NCBI GenBank assembly: GCA_040380025.1
Contig: JBEIJY010000007.1
Span: 33,424 to 97,423, forward strand
Origin: Bdellovibrionales bacterium
Lineage (GTDB): Bacteria; Bdellovibrionota; UBA1018; CAIMNF01
Length of the DNA: 64,000 nucleotides
Direction: 5' to 3'
Shown: piece by piece, positions 53,941 to 64,000 of the stretch
How positions within the stretch are numbered: position 1 is the first letter of the stretch
How the letters are laid out: each line of letters starts with the position of its first letter
Made by a program: the position numbers and the translations under genes
The notes under the pieces: generated by a model
The model's database searches: none
What the model was told of the DNA's origin: nothing
Seen by the model: only the letters and a program-made list of their open reading frames with translations

Positions 53941-53962
53941 TCACGAAAGCATGCCCGAAAGG

Positions 53963-55687
53963 TCACTTGCTTTCAACCGAGGCGGGAACCCGACGCCCCT
54001 CTTCGTCCCGGATGCTCCGGAGGCGAATGCGGGTTTCCCGCTCGCGATCCGGCATCTGGTTTTTGGAGTACACCTCGGCAAGATGCTGGAGGATGACTTC
54101 TTCGTCTCCCTTCATACCCGCCGCCCGCTCAAGATAAATCAGGGCGTCGCGGTTTTTTCCGAGCATGAACTGGTTCCAGCCGAAACTGTCGAGAATGAAC
54201 GGATTCTCAGGCTTCAGGCGGATCGCGCGCTTCAGCATCGCTTCGGCATCCTTCAGCCTCACCCCCTGAACCGTCCAGGTGTAGGCGATGAAGTTCAACG
54301 CATCCGCATGATCAGGAGAGGTGCGGAGAAGCTTCTGCATCTCGACGATCGCATCGTCGGTCCGTCCGAGCTTGTCGAGCATGGCACCGTAAAAGTAGCG
54401 CATCTTTTCGTGATCGGGGAACAGCTTCAGACCTCCGGCCAGCGCTTCGGCGGCCTCCTTGAACTGCTTGCCCTCTTCGGAGATGCTCGCGACCATCAGG
54501 TAAAATCCCGGATTTTCCGGCGACTTTCGAATCGCCTCGAGGATCAGCTCCCGCGCCTTCGCCTCTTCATTCCGGCGCCGGAGGAGCCCCGCCGCATGGA
54601 GATTCGCGTCCTCGAACAACTTCGAGTCGGGAGAAACCTTCCCCAGATGCTCGATCGCCCGGAGAACACTCCCCTCCTGCTCGAGAACGGCGGCCAGATA
54701 ATAATGAACCTTGTCGGAGTCGGGAACCTTCGCGAGAATCGATTCGAACACCGCGCGCGCCTCGGCCCACTCATCCCGTTGCATCCGGATCAGCCCGATG
54801 CGAAGCTGCACATTCAGATCTTCGGGATCGATCGCACTCATCGAGGCCAGAGTCTTGAGCGCGGCTTCGGTTTTCCCGTCTTTCAGCAACAAGGTCACCA
54901 GACGCCCCGCAATCGTGATCTCGACCCGCTCGTTCAGCTGGGCCTGATAGACCTCGACCGCCTTCGCATTCTGCCCTTCCATCTCGAAAAGCACGCCGAG
55001 CGCCATCGCAGCCTGGGCAAATCCGGGACGGATCCGGATCGCCTTGCGGTAGGCGTTCACGGCCTCACCCGTACGGCCCTTGCTCTGCTCGAGCTTCCCT
55101 TGGTAAAACCAAGCGGCCGCGGAATCGGAGACTCTGGAATTGAACCCGCGGATGAACTTCAGCGCTTCGTCGGTTTTTTCCTTCTCGACCAGGATCTGGG
55201 TCTTGAACACCGCCGCCTCGTCGTTTCCGGGATCAAGCTTCAGAACTCTTTCGTATTCGGCGAGCGCGAGATCCGACTCGTTGTTCATCGAGTGGATTCC
55301 GCCGAGCATCAGGCGCACCTCGACCGAATCGGGATCGGATCTCAGGGATTTCATGCACTCCTCGATCGCAAAGGTCAGCGACCCTTGTCGCAGGAACTCG
55401 GCCGCGAGCTTCGCATGGAGAACCGCGGAATCGGGATCATAGGCCAGGGCCGCACGGTATTCTTCGATCGCGCGATCGACCCGGCCCTCGAGGGAATACG
55501 CTTGCGCGAGCGTGAAGTGAGATTCCGCGTCGCCCCCGGGCGAGCCCTTCTCCCAACTTTTTTGGGCGGCGACCCGGAGTTCTTGGGGTGCGCCATCGTG
55601 AGCGCCCTCAGATTCGACCGAGAGGGAGGAGCACCCGGTCAGACTGGCCAAAACCGTTCCGATCCAAAACGGGCGTGTGGTTTTCAT
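53963..55687 (-). CDS. TPR-repeat lipoprotein
   Basis: LTGC lipobox, many TPRs, ALNFIAY...ILDSFGW. Confidence 0.9.
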   Translation of the reverse strand: MKTTRPFWIGTVLASLTGCSSLSVESEGAHDGAPQELRVAAQKSWEKGSPGGDAESHFTLAQAYSLEGRVDRAIEEYRAALAYDPDSAVLHAKLAAEFLRQGSLTFAIEECMKSLRSDPDSVEVRLMLGGIHSMNNESDLALAEYERVLKLDPGNDEAAVFKTQILVEKEKTDEALKFIRGFNSRVSDSAAAWFYQGKLEQSKGRTGEAVNAYRKAIRIRPGFAQAAMALGVLFEMEGQNAKAVEVYQAQLNERVEITIAGRLVTLLLKDGKTEAALKTLASMSAIDPEDLNVQLRIGLIRMQRDEWAEARAVFESILAKVPDSDKVHYYLAAVLEQEGSVLRAIEHLGKVSPDSKLFEDANLHAAGLLRRRNEEAKARELILEAIRKSPENPGFYLMVASISEEGKQFKEAAEALAGGLKLFPDHEKMRYFYGAMLDKLGRTDDAIVEMQKLLRTSPDHADALNFIAYTWTVQGVRLKDAEAMLKRAIRLKPENPFILDSFGWNQFMLGKNRDALIYLERAAGMKGDEEVILQHLAEVYSKNQMPDRERETRIRLRSIRDEEGRRVPASVESK

Positions 55688-56004
55688 GAATGATTTCAAT
55701 GCGCTTCTTTGTTGGTCGATCATGCGATCGCCTCCCTTATTCGACTCTTCGACAAACGGGCTGAAAAACTGAATGGGGTACTTCCTTGACATCAAGGGAA
55801 CTCGTTGTTAAAAATCCTATTGCAAGAAGGTGTTGCGGCATGTCAAAGTGTCGGAACAAAATCTTGTCCCCAGTCGGAAAACTCGGCACCAAATCTCGAT
55901 GAAATCGGGGGTTTTATAGGTTTCATCGCAGATGCCGCGCAATTTCCGGCCCAGGGGTAAAACAACCAGCGCAAACATCCTCTGAAAATGAGGTAGGGGG
56001 CAGT

Positions 56005-56367
56005 ATGAAAGAAGCAAAAATAATCAAGCGGTACCAGAACCGGAAGCTCTATGACACGAACGAGTCGAGCTACGTGACTTTGGATGAAATCGCGAAGATG
56101 ATCCGTGCGGGCGAAGAAATCCGCGTCATCGACAACAAGACCAAAAACGACATCACCGCCTCGACCCTGACCCAGCTTCTCTACGAAAGTGAAAGAAAAG
56201 CAAAGAGTCAGCCTTCCGTGAACCTTCTGAAGGCAATCATCCGGAGCGGGGACGGATCGTTTTCGGGCTTCATCCAAGAGCGCCTGAAGGGCGAACTCGC
56301 CGCAATCGAGGCCGAGGCTCCGACTCCATCGGCGACGATGAGCAATCCGCCCAGCATGAATCAATAA
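56005..56367 (+). CDS. PhaR-like DNA-binding domain protein
   Basis: IIKRYQNRKLYDT..SSYVTL and DIT...LTQLL. Confidence 0.88.
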   Translation: MKEAKIIKRYQNRKLYDTNESSYVTLDEIAKMIRAGEEIRVIDNKTKNDITASTLTQLLYESERKAKSQPSVNLLKAIIRSGDGSFSGFIQERLKGELAAIEAEAPTPSATMSNPPSMNQ

Positions 56368-56487
56368 GTACCGAGATCGCCAGCAGTCGCGCCAGACCGG
56401 GCGACACGATCGTCAAAGAACCGTCGAAGCCCGAAAGGCGTTCGAATGTTCTTTGCTTCTCGAAGCGACACCGAATACACTCTGAAT

Positions 56488-57177
56488 ATGCGAGTCGAAG
56501 TCGCAAAAATCAGAGTTTTTCGATCGATCACCCTCCTCCTTTTCGGAGCGTTCCTGCTTTGTCATGACGCGAGTGCGAACTCCCGTTTTGGCACTACCAG
56601 GAACGAACCTTCGTTGGGAAAACAATCCAAGGAGACCACCTCCCAAGCCAGAAGGCGCGAGGAGCCGTCGGCGCCCCTGAGCCCGTTCGCGCCGGGAACC
56701 CACAACCTCTCGGCAGGGGTCGGACAGGTGTTTTTGATGGGCGATCTCTCGGATCGCTACGAGAATGCGATCGGACCGGAGCTTCATTACACCTATGGCG
56801 TGAGCGACCTGTTTTCGTTCCACTCGAACTTCGGGTACCACACCCACTCGAATGGCTCTCTTTCGGTCTGGAACCTCTCGGGCGGGGTTCGGTCGAACCT
56901 GATGTATTTCGACCAGCTCGTTCCGTTTGCGACGGTGGGCATGGGTTTCTACTCCCCTTCTTACACTCTCGACAACAATGCGACCGTAAGTGCCCTCCTG
57001 TTCGGCATGCAGCTCGGCACAGGAATTGACCTTCTCGTCAGCAACACTGTGTTCTTTGGCTCCCGTTTGGTCTATAACACGATGTTCAATGCGTCCAAAA
57101 CGGCTTCAGACGGAAGCCTGCGCAGCCTCGGTGGCTCATACCTGTCCTTCATGATCCACGCGGGCATGACCTTTTGA
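56488..57177 (+). CDS. Outer-membrane beta-barrel protein
   Basis: Signal peptide, 8-strand pattern, C-terminal GMTF; promoter TTGCTT-N17-TACACT 6 nt upstream. Confidence 0.75.
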   Translation: MRVEVAKIRVFRSITLLLFGAFLLCHDASANSRFGTTRNEPSLGKQSKETTSQARRREEPSAPLSPFAPGTHNLSAGVGQVFLMGDLSDRYENAIGPELHYTYGVSDLFSFHSNFGYHTHSNGSLSVWNLSGGVRSNLMYFDQLVPFATVGMGFYSPSYTLDNNATVSALLFGMQLGTGIDLLVSNTVFFGSRLVYNTMFNASKTASDGSLRSLGGSYLSFMIHAGMTF

Positions 57178-57196
57178 TTCGAATTGCAGGAGCCGA

Positions 57197-58078
57197 ATGT
57201 CGATCGAAATCCAGTTCAAAAAAGACAAGTGGGTGAAGTGCCTCTCGAGCAGCGGCACCATCCGTGCCATCGCCGTGACCGCAACCGAGGTCGCACAAAC
57301 CCTGACTGAACGTCACGCGCTGAGCCCCTCAGGAGGTAAAGCACTTGCGGAATCGCTGATTGCGGGACTCCTGCTCTCTTCGTATTGCAAGTCGCAAGAA
57401 AAGATCAATTTGAACATCCAAGGATCGGGCTGGTGCCATCAGGCGATCATCGATGCGAACGCCGATGCCGAAGTGCGCGGGTATGTGCTCGAGCGCCCGG
57501 TAAACGAGATCAAGCTGGCGCGCAACATCGGTCCTTGGGGCATCGGACTGTTCTCGGTTCTTCGCACCAAGTTCGACGAAGCGAAGCCCTACATCGGCAC
57601 CGTGCCGCTTTTGACGGGGCATCTCGCAAAGGATCTGACCTTTTACTGGCTTCAGTCCGAGCAGGTGAATTCGGCCGTGGGAATCGAAGTGTTCATGGAA
57701 AACGACCGCGTCGTTCTGGCCGAGGGGTTTTTGATCCAAGCCATGCCGGGGGCGACCGATTCCGACATCCAGTTCATCGAAGAGCACCTGAAGAAGCTCC
57801 ACCAGTTCGACTCGCAATCGAGTCTCCGGGGCTCTCCCGCCCATTTGCTTTCGTTTTTGCTCGAGAACCAGTCTTTCAGCATGCTCGAAGAAAAACCCGT
57901 CACCCTGAAGTGCCCCTGCACTCTCGACCGGGTCAAGCGCTCCCTCATGCTGATCGGCGAGGCCGAAATCGAATCGATGATCCGCGAAGACCGGAACTTC
58001 GAGATCGACTGCGATTTTTGTTCCGAGCACTATGTGTTCTCGCCCGAGATGCTACGAGAACTGCTGGCCAAGGGCTGA
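57197..58078 (+). CDS. hslO: Hsp33 redox chaperone
   Basis: VRGY, YWLQSEQ, FLIQAMPG and CPC...CDFC zinc motif. Confidence 0.93.
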   Translation: MSIEIQFKKDKWVKCLSSSGTIRAIAVTATEVAQTLTERHALSPSGGKALAESLIAGLLLSSYCKSQEKINLNIQGSGWCHQAIIDANADAEVRGYVLERPVNEIKLARNIGPWGIGLFSVLRTKFDEAKPYIGTVPLLTGHLAKDLTFYWLQSEQVNSAVGIEVFMENDRVVLAEGFLIQAMPGATDSDIQFIEEHLKKLHQFDSQSSLRGSPAHLLSFLLENQSFSMLEEKPVTLKCPCTLDRVKRSLMLIGEAEIESMIREDRNFEIDCDFCSEHYVFSPEMLRELLAKG

Positions 58079-58131
58079 TCCGGGAATATCGACCGAACTG
58101 CGCCCTTTGACTGTGCTTTTGTAATATCGGG

Positions 58132-58262
58132 GGGATTAAGAGAGGCCTCTGGAATCATTCCGTTTTTACCTCCATGCCGCCTCGTGCGGCCTCGCTTTCG
58201 CGCATCACGCGCTCGCGAGAGTCGGCAAAAACCGAATGATTCCAGAGGCCTTTCTTAATCCC
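58132..58262. repeat. 131-bp element with 39-bp terminal inverted repeats (MITE/REPIN-like or structured RNA)
   Basis: 58132-58170 pairs with 58224-58262 (3 mismatches); two small hairpins inside. Confidence 0.8.
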
Positions 58263-58323
58263 GCCTCCCTTGCCCAGCACAATCAACGAGAGCGGTTTGC
58301 TCCATTTGCCCTGTCGCCATGGC

Positions 58324-58360
58324 AAAAAAAAACCGCCCGGGACGATCACGCCCCGGACGG
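58324..58360 (-). terminator. Rho-independent terminator of groESL
   Basis: CCGTCCGGG-loop-CCCGGGCGG followed by T9 on the minus strand. Confidence 0.8.
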
Positions 58361-58385
58361 GTAAATCAAATCAAATCAGATCCAA

Positions 58386-60322
<1,937 letters not shown>

Positions 60323-60378
60323 GGTTTGCTACCTCCTTCAAGGTTTGGTTGAAACTCAACGGTTCCGTTGCATCTTGC

Positions 60379-60406
60379 TAATGGAATCCACCCGATCCAA
60401 GTCAAG
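60379..60406 (-). promoter_or_regulatory. Sigma32-like heat-shock promoter
   Basis: CTTGAC-N14-TTCCATTA versus consensus CTTGAA-N13/15-CCCCATNT. Confidence 0.5.
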
Positions 60407-60495
60407 GGGCGGCGTGAAATAAAATCAAACACACCCCACCTGAATTAAACTTATTTCATTGACAAACATCGTTGCATGCGGTATTCAAAAATACG

Positions 60496-60813
60496 GTGAG
60501 CAGGAAGACTGTCCTTTTTATGGCCTTTTTTCTTTCGATCGGAGTCCCGGCTGGATATCCCACAGCCGAGACCACCCCCAAAGCCGACACCATAGACCTC
60601 TACGCCGAGGCCCTCTATCAAAAAAAAGATCAAGCCGAAATTCCATCTTCATTCGAGTCGAGCGCTCGATCGGGGGCCGGAGAGCCCGAGGAGTTCGACC
60701 CAGTGATTCTCGTGAACGAGACGTTCGAGTTCGAGGACGAGCCCACCTCCCCGACTCCGCCGAAAAAGCGAGCACTCAAACCGGCTCATTCCAAAAAATC
60801 ACGTCACAACTGA
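60496..60813 (+). CDS. Small exported acidic hypothetical protein
   Basis: GTG start 8 nt after TTGACA-N17-TATTCA; hydrophobic N-terminus. Confidence 0.5.
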   Translation: MSRKTVLFMAFFLSIGVPAGYPTAETTPKADTIDLYAEALYQKKDQAEIPSSFESSARSGAGEPEEFDPVILVNETFEFEDEPTSPTPPKKRALKPAHSKKSRHN

Positions 60814-60889
60814 ATCGGGGTTGCCTTTTTCGACCATCTCGCATAACCCTAATGGTCTCTCTTCTTTCAACTCGTTTGAAATCGACTGT

Positions 60890-60965
60890 GGGTAGGTAGC
60901 TCAGTCGGTAGAGCAATGCCCTGAAAAGGCATGTGTCGGCGGTTCGATTCCGTCCCTACCCACCA
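60890..60965 (+). tRNA. tRNA-Phe(GAA)
   Basis: GGGTAGG/CCTACCC acceptor stem, ATGCC-CTGAAAA-GGCAT anticodon arm, TTCGATT, encoded CCA. Confidence 0.97.
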
Positions 60966-60991
60966 CTTTTCTCACCAATCCATTTGTCCGC

Positions 60992-62257
60992 TTAAAAAGC
61001 TTTCTCCAAGCCCGCTTTCAGATCGGTGTGTGCCTCTTCAATCTTATGCGCCGGGCCTTCGAGTTCGAAGTCGAACTTCACACTCGCCGTGCGGTCATTG
61101 GTCATCGCACCCACCACCTTGATTTGGTGATGCGAAATCCGCGAGATCCGGACGAGCTTCTCGACTTCCTTCACGAAGTTCTTGGCTTTGGCCTTGTCGC
61201 CTCCGTCGTACTGGCAGGTCAGCGTGACCATCTTTACGAGGTTCTCGCGACTCTTGATCACCCGGAGCGCCTCGCTCAACTTGTCTTCGATCCGATCCCG
61301 AAGCGTTCCGTCTTTTGCCTTAACCGGGGTTTCGCCTTGGAATCCGAAGGTTTTGGTCACGATTTCAAGGGCAGGCGTCACCAGCATGCTGTCATCGGCA
61401 TGCGCCAGGGCGCCCATGGCGGGAACTTCGCCCTCTTCGGCCGTATCTTCATAATCCAGCTCAATCGTTCCGCCGGCGGCATAGGTCTGATGGTCGAGCA
61501 GGAACCGGATCTTGCGATACCCTCCTTCGGCATACTCGGTCGAATTCGCACGAATCCACTCCATCTGCTCAGTTGCAGTCTTTTCTGCCAGCCCGAACAG
61601 CTCGATCAGATCGAATTCGATGTCGCGACTCCCTGCGGCATCGGCCGGAGCGGCCAGAAATCGGCGATGGCTCCCGTTCACCTCGAAGATCGGATTGACA
61701 CCGAAACCGATGGTCTCGAGAGGGGTTTCACCAAAAGAGCGCGTAAGCCAACGGGTTTCGTTCAAGAACCCGCCCGCGCGCGCGCCCCCCTTCAAAGTGT
61801 GAGTCGAGCCGGAACACGCAAGCGTGTCGGCGATGCAGAGCAGTTGTCCGTAGAGGCTGTTTTTGTTCTTTGCTTCATTCTCAATGACGGGGCCGTTCTC
61901 GAGTAGCCGCGTCAGGTCCTTTAGTTTCAGCTTGAAGGAGCGGATTTTGCTCACGGAGCCTGGATTTTCGGGAAGACGCAGAATGCCGCGAAAAATCACC
62001 TTCGTGTCTTCGGCGTATCCGAGCATCCGGCCGGTGGCACTGTCCTCAAGTTTGCCGGCGGGAGTTCCGATGCCCAAAAAGCTGCTTTTCGCCGGAAACA
62101 ACCTCTGCATTCCCGCATCGTCATAACGGTCATACACCGAAATCGGCTCCAGAACGGCCTCCTGGGGAGCGGCATGGACCAAGCCTGCTCCGAACCCGAT
62201 TCCTGCTCCTGCCAACATCATTCCCAAACAAACTTTCGAATTGATTTTTTTCATCAT
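60992..62257 (-). CDS. Hypothetical exported protein
   Basis: Signal peptide ending LVHA; GGGAGG SD; directly downstream of the OmpA-family gene. Confidence 0.75.
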   Translation of the reverse strand: MMKKINSKVCLGMMLAGAGIGFGAGLVHAAPQEAVLEPISVYDRYDDAGMQRLFPAKSSFLGIGTPAGKLEDSATGRMLGYAEDTKVIFRGILRLPENPGSVSKIRSFKLKLKDLTRLLENGPVIENEAKNKNSLYGQLLCIADTLACSGSTHTLKGGARAGGFLNETRWLTRSFGETPLETIGFGVNPIFEVNGSHRRFLAAPADAAGSRDIEFDLIELFGLAEKTATEQMEWIRANSTEYAEGGYRKIRFLLDHQTYAAGGTIELDYEDTAEEGEVPAMGALAHADDSMLVTPALEIVTKTFGFQGETPVKAKDGTLRDRIEDKLSEALRVIKSRENLVKMVTLTCQYDGGDKAKAKNFVKEVEKLVRISRISHHQIKVVGAMTNDRTASVKFDFELEGPAHKIEEAHTDLKAGLEKAF

Positions 62258-62290
62258 GATCTTCCTCCCGGGGTCGAAGCCCCTTTTCAT

Positions 62291-63517
62291 TCAGTTCGAC
62301 GAAATGAACACTCCGATGGCCCGACGATTCTTCTGACGGCCCTTCGGGCTCTTGTTCGAAGCGATGGGCTTTCGCTCGCCGTGTCCGACGGCACGGATGC
62401 GCGAAGACGCGATTCCGTACTTCCGGATCAGGTGCTTGCGAATCGCGATGGCACGGTCCTTCGAGAGCTTCAGGTTCTCTTGATCCGGGCCGATGTCATC
62501 GGCATGGCCATGAATCGTGAGCTTGAAGTCGGAGTGCCCTTTCAGGAACTTCGCGATTTTCTTGAATTCCGACTCGTACTTCTTCGAAATCGTGGTCTTC
62601 CCGAACGGGAACTCCACGTTCAGGCGGATCTCGATTTTTTTACTGACCGGACAACCAAGCGAATTTACTTTTGTTCCGGGAGGGACGTTTTTGCACCGGG
62701 TTTCGAGCGGATTTTTCGCCACCGGAGCAGGCCGGGGAGCAGGCTCAGGAGTCGGTTCCGGTGTGGGCGCGGGCGTTGCCACCGGCTCTGGTGTCGGTTC
62801 CGGTGTAGCTTCTGGAGTCGGCTCCGGGGTCGCCTCGGGGGCCGGCTCTTCGGGCGTGGGCTCGGGCCCGATCTCGGGGAGCGGCTCATGAATCGCCGCA
62901 GGAGCAGGCAGTTCCTCGGCCGATTCCTTGGAACGCGGTTTGAAGAACAAGGTGATCGACAAGTTCGGAACCAGCGCATTGATGTCGAAAGCGCGATCGG
63001 AGGGGGCGCCGTTGTTGTTGAAGAGCCAGATGTGCTTGGCACCGAGACCGATCATGATCGTATCCGACACCAGGTAATCGAGCGAGGCCTTCACATTGAA
63101 GAGGCCTCCGCTGAAGTTGTAGGGCGAAAGCAGGAGATTCGTGACCAACTGGGTGCTCGAGGTCATGCCGTAGCCGGCCCCGATTCCGATCGTCGGCGAG
63201 AACGCCTCTGCGCCGAGCATCCGCCAATTTAAATTTCCGCTGAACGCCTCGGTGGTAGTGCTGCCGACCGTGGGCATGAATTGCAGATGATCCCAGGTGA
63301 AGTCGACGCTGATCTCGTTCGAGATGAAGTATGTGGCAAATGCCCCCGCGGCCCAGCCCATGTCGGTGTGGTCCCGAAACAGCTCCGCTCCGGTCGGGAG
63401 GGCCCCACCGCCGTACCCGCCAATGCCGAATCGGCGCTCAAGAGGGATGCTCTCGGCGCGCGCAGCGCCAGAGACAACGAAGATCGAGAGAAGAACCAGA
63501 CGGATCAGTGACAACAT
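62291..63517 (-). CDS. OmpA/OprF-family outer-membrane protein
   Basis: N-terminal barrel, (PEPT)n linker, CxNxPxGxxVNxxGCP, GHADD..NLKLS..RA and NRR. Confidence 0.92.
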   Translation of the reverse strand: MLSLIRLVLLSIFVVSGAARAESIPLERRFGIGGYGGGALPTGAELFRDHTDMGWAAGAFATYFISNEISVDFTWDHLQFMPTVGSTTTEAFSGNLNWRMLGAEAFSPTIGIGAGYGMTSSTQLVTNLLLSPYNFSGGLFNVKASLDYLVSDTIMIGLGAKHIWLFNNNGAPSDRAFDINALVPNLSITLFFKPRSKESAEELPAPAAIHEPLPEIGPEPTPEEPAPEATPEPTPEATPEPTPEPVATPAPTPEPTPEPAPRPAPVAKNPLETRCKNVPPGTKVNSLGCPVSKKIEIRLNVEFPFGKTTISKKYESEFKKIAKFLKGHSDFKLTIHGHADDIGPDQENLKLSKDRAIAIRKHLIRKYGIASSRIRAVGHGERKPIASNKSPKGRQKNRRAIGVFISSN

Positions 63518-63647
63518 AGGGCTCCTGTTTATAACTTAACGCGGCAGATAATACCAGAACTTTACAGTCCAGTAAAGAGAAAACGAATTTGCCAAAACGA
63601 AAGGTCGCTGATAGGGTCGCAGTTCCCCTGCTTCTTCCTTGTTGTGT

Positions 63648-63731
63648 GCCCAGGTGGCGGAATTGGTAGACGCACTCGTTTCAGGGGCGAGCGCCAAAAG
63701 CATGCTGGTTCGAGTCCAGTCCTGGGCACCA
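63648..63731 (+). tRNA. tRNA-Leu(CAG)
   Basis: GCCCAGG/CCTGGGC acceptor stem, CTCGT-TTCAGGG-GCGAG anticodon arm, variable arm, CCA. Confidence 0.96.
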
Positions 63732-63841
63732 CTTCTTCAATGATTTTCATTTCAATCGCTCCTAATCCCCCTCTCGCTCGCTCGCACAAAACACGAATTT
63801 AAATACTTGACCAAACTGTTTTAGTATGATAAAATGCCGCC

Positions 63842-64000
63842 TGTTGGCCGATTTCACCCGTGCTGACCCCCCACTTTTCACGGACTGACCCCAGGCGATT
63901 TCATTTGTCCTGACCCCGGGGTTTTCACCAAATGACCCCAGGCAGTTAGTCAGGTATTGAGGTCCAAGAGCCCTGCGTGATGCAGTCAAGACCAAGGAGA
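63842..64000 (+). mobile_element. Probable IS21-family left end (partial)
   Basis: Begins TGT; four TTTCA-N5/7-TGACCCC repeats; AAGGAGA SD at the window edge; transposase not visible. Confidence 0.6.

Noticed and set aside
55810..56004. Riboswitch in the long leader of the PhaR-like gene
   Set aside because: No aptamer consensus recognisable by eye; needs an Rfam search.
58132..58262. 6S RNA or SRP RNA identity for the hairpin element
   Set aside because: No SRP GGAA-loop motif and no 6S central bubble; the pairing is too perfect.
58155..58349. 64-aa minus-strand ORF
   Set aside because: Starts inside the groEL terminator and runs through the inverted repeat; no coding signal.
60350..60381. 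CIRCE upstream of groES (TTAGCA half-site)
   Set aside because: No GAGTGCTAA partner at 9-nt spacing.
62720..62890. 12-bp-period repeats in the OmpA gene
   Set aside because: They encode an ordinary Pro-Glu-Pro-Thr linker.
63849..63943. Mini CRISPR array
   Set aside because: Variable parts are only 4-7 nt, far too short for spacers; no cas genes in the window.

Overview
GC-rich (roughly 60% by eye) bacterial chromosome segment. Gene content and style suggest a Bdellovibrionota/Oligoflexia-like organism (inference): archaeal-type ProS, NtrY/NtrX with GAFTGA, many secreted hydrolases, a cysteine-rich SBBP propeller. About 52 CDS are mostly housekeeping or envelope genes (mutS2, prc, uvrB, glmU, dksA, fadH, proS, pyrF, ntrYX, pruA, oppA/D/F, hslO, groESL), plus tRNA-Phe(GAA) and tRNA-Leu(CAG). 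No CRISPR array or prophage is evident. Best candidate for an undescribed system: a sigma54-promoted four-gene operon of exported proteins (45666-50868) encoding a MACPF/CDC-like pore-former fused to an LRR domain, an unknown protein, an HEXXH lipoprotein and a divergent papain-like protease. Also notable: a ceramide-synthase-like GNAT coupled to mltA and an ArnT-like transferase; a TatT/BstC-like TPR + outer-membrane barrel + lipoprotein trio; widespread -10 boxes 6-10 nt before start codons (leaderless mRNAs); a 131-bp branched inverted-repeat element; and an IS21-like end just after tRNA-Leu. All family calls rest on motifs read by eye; no database searches were run.
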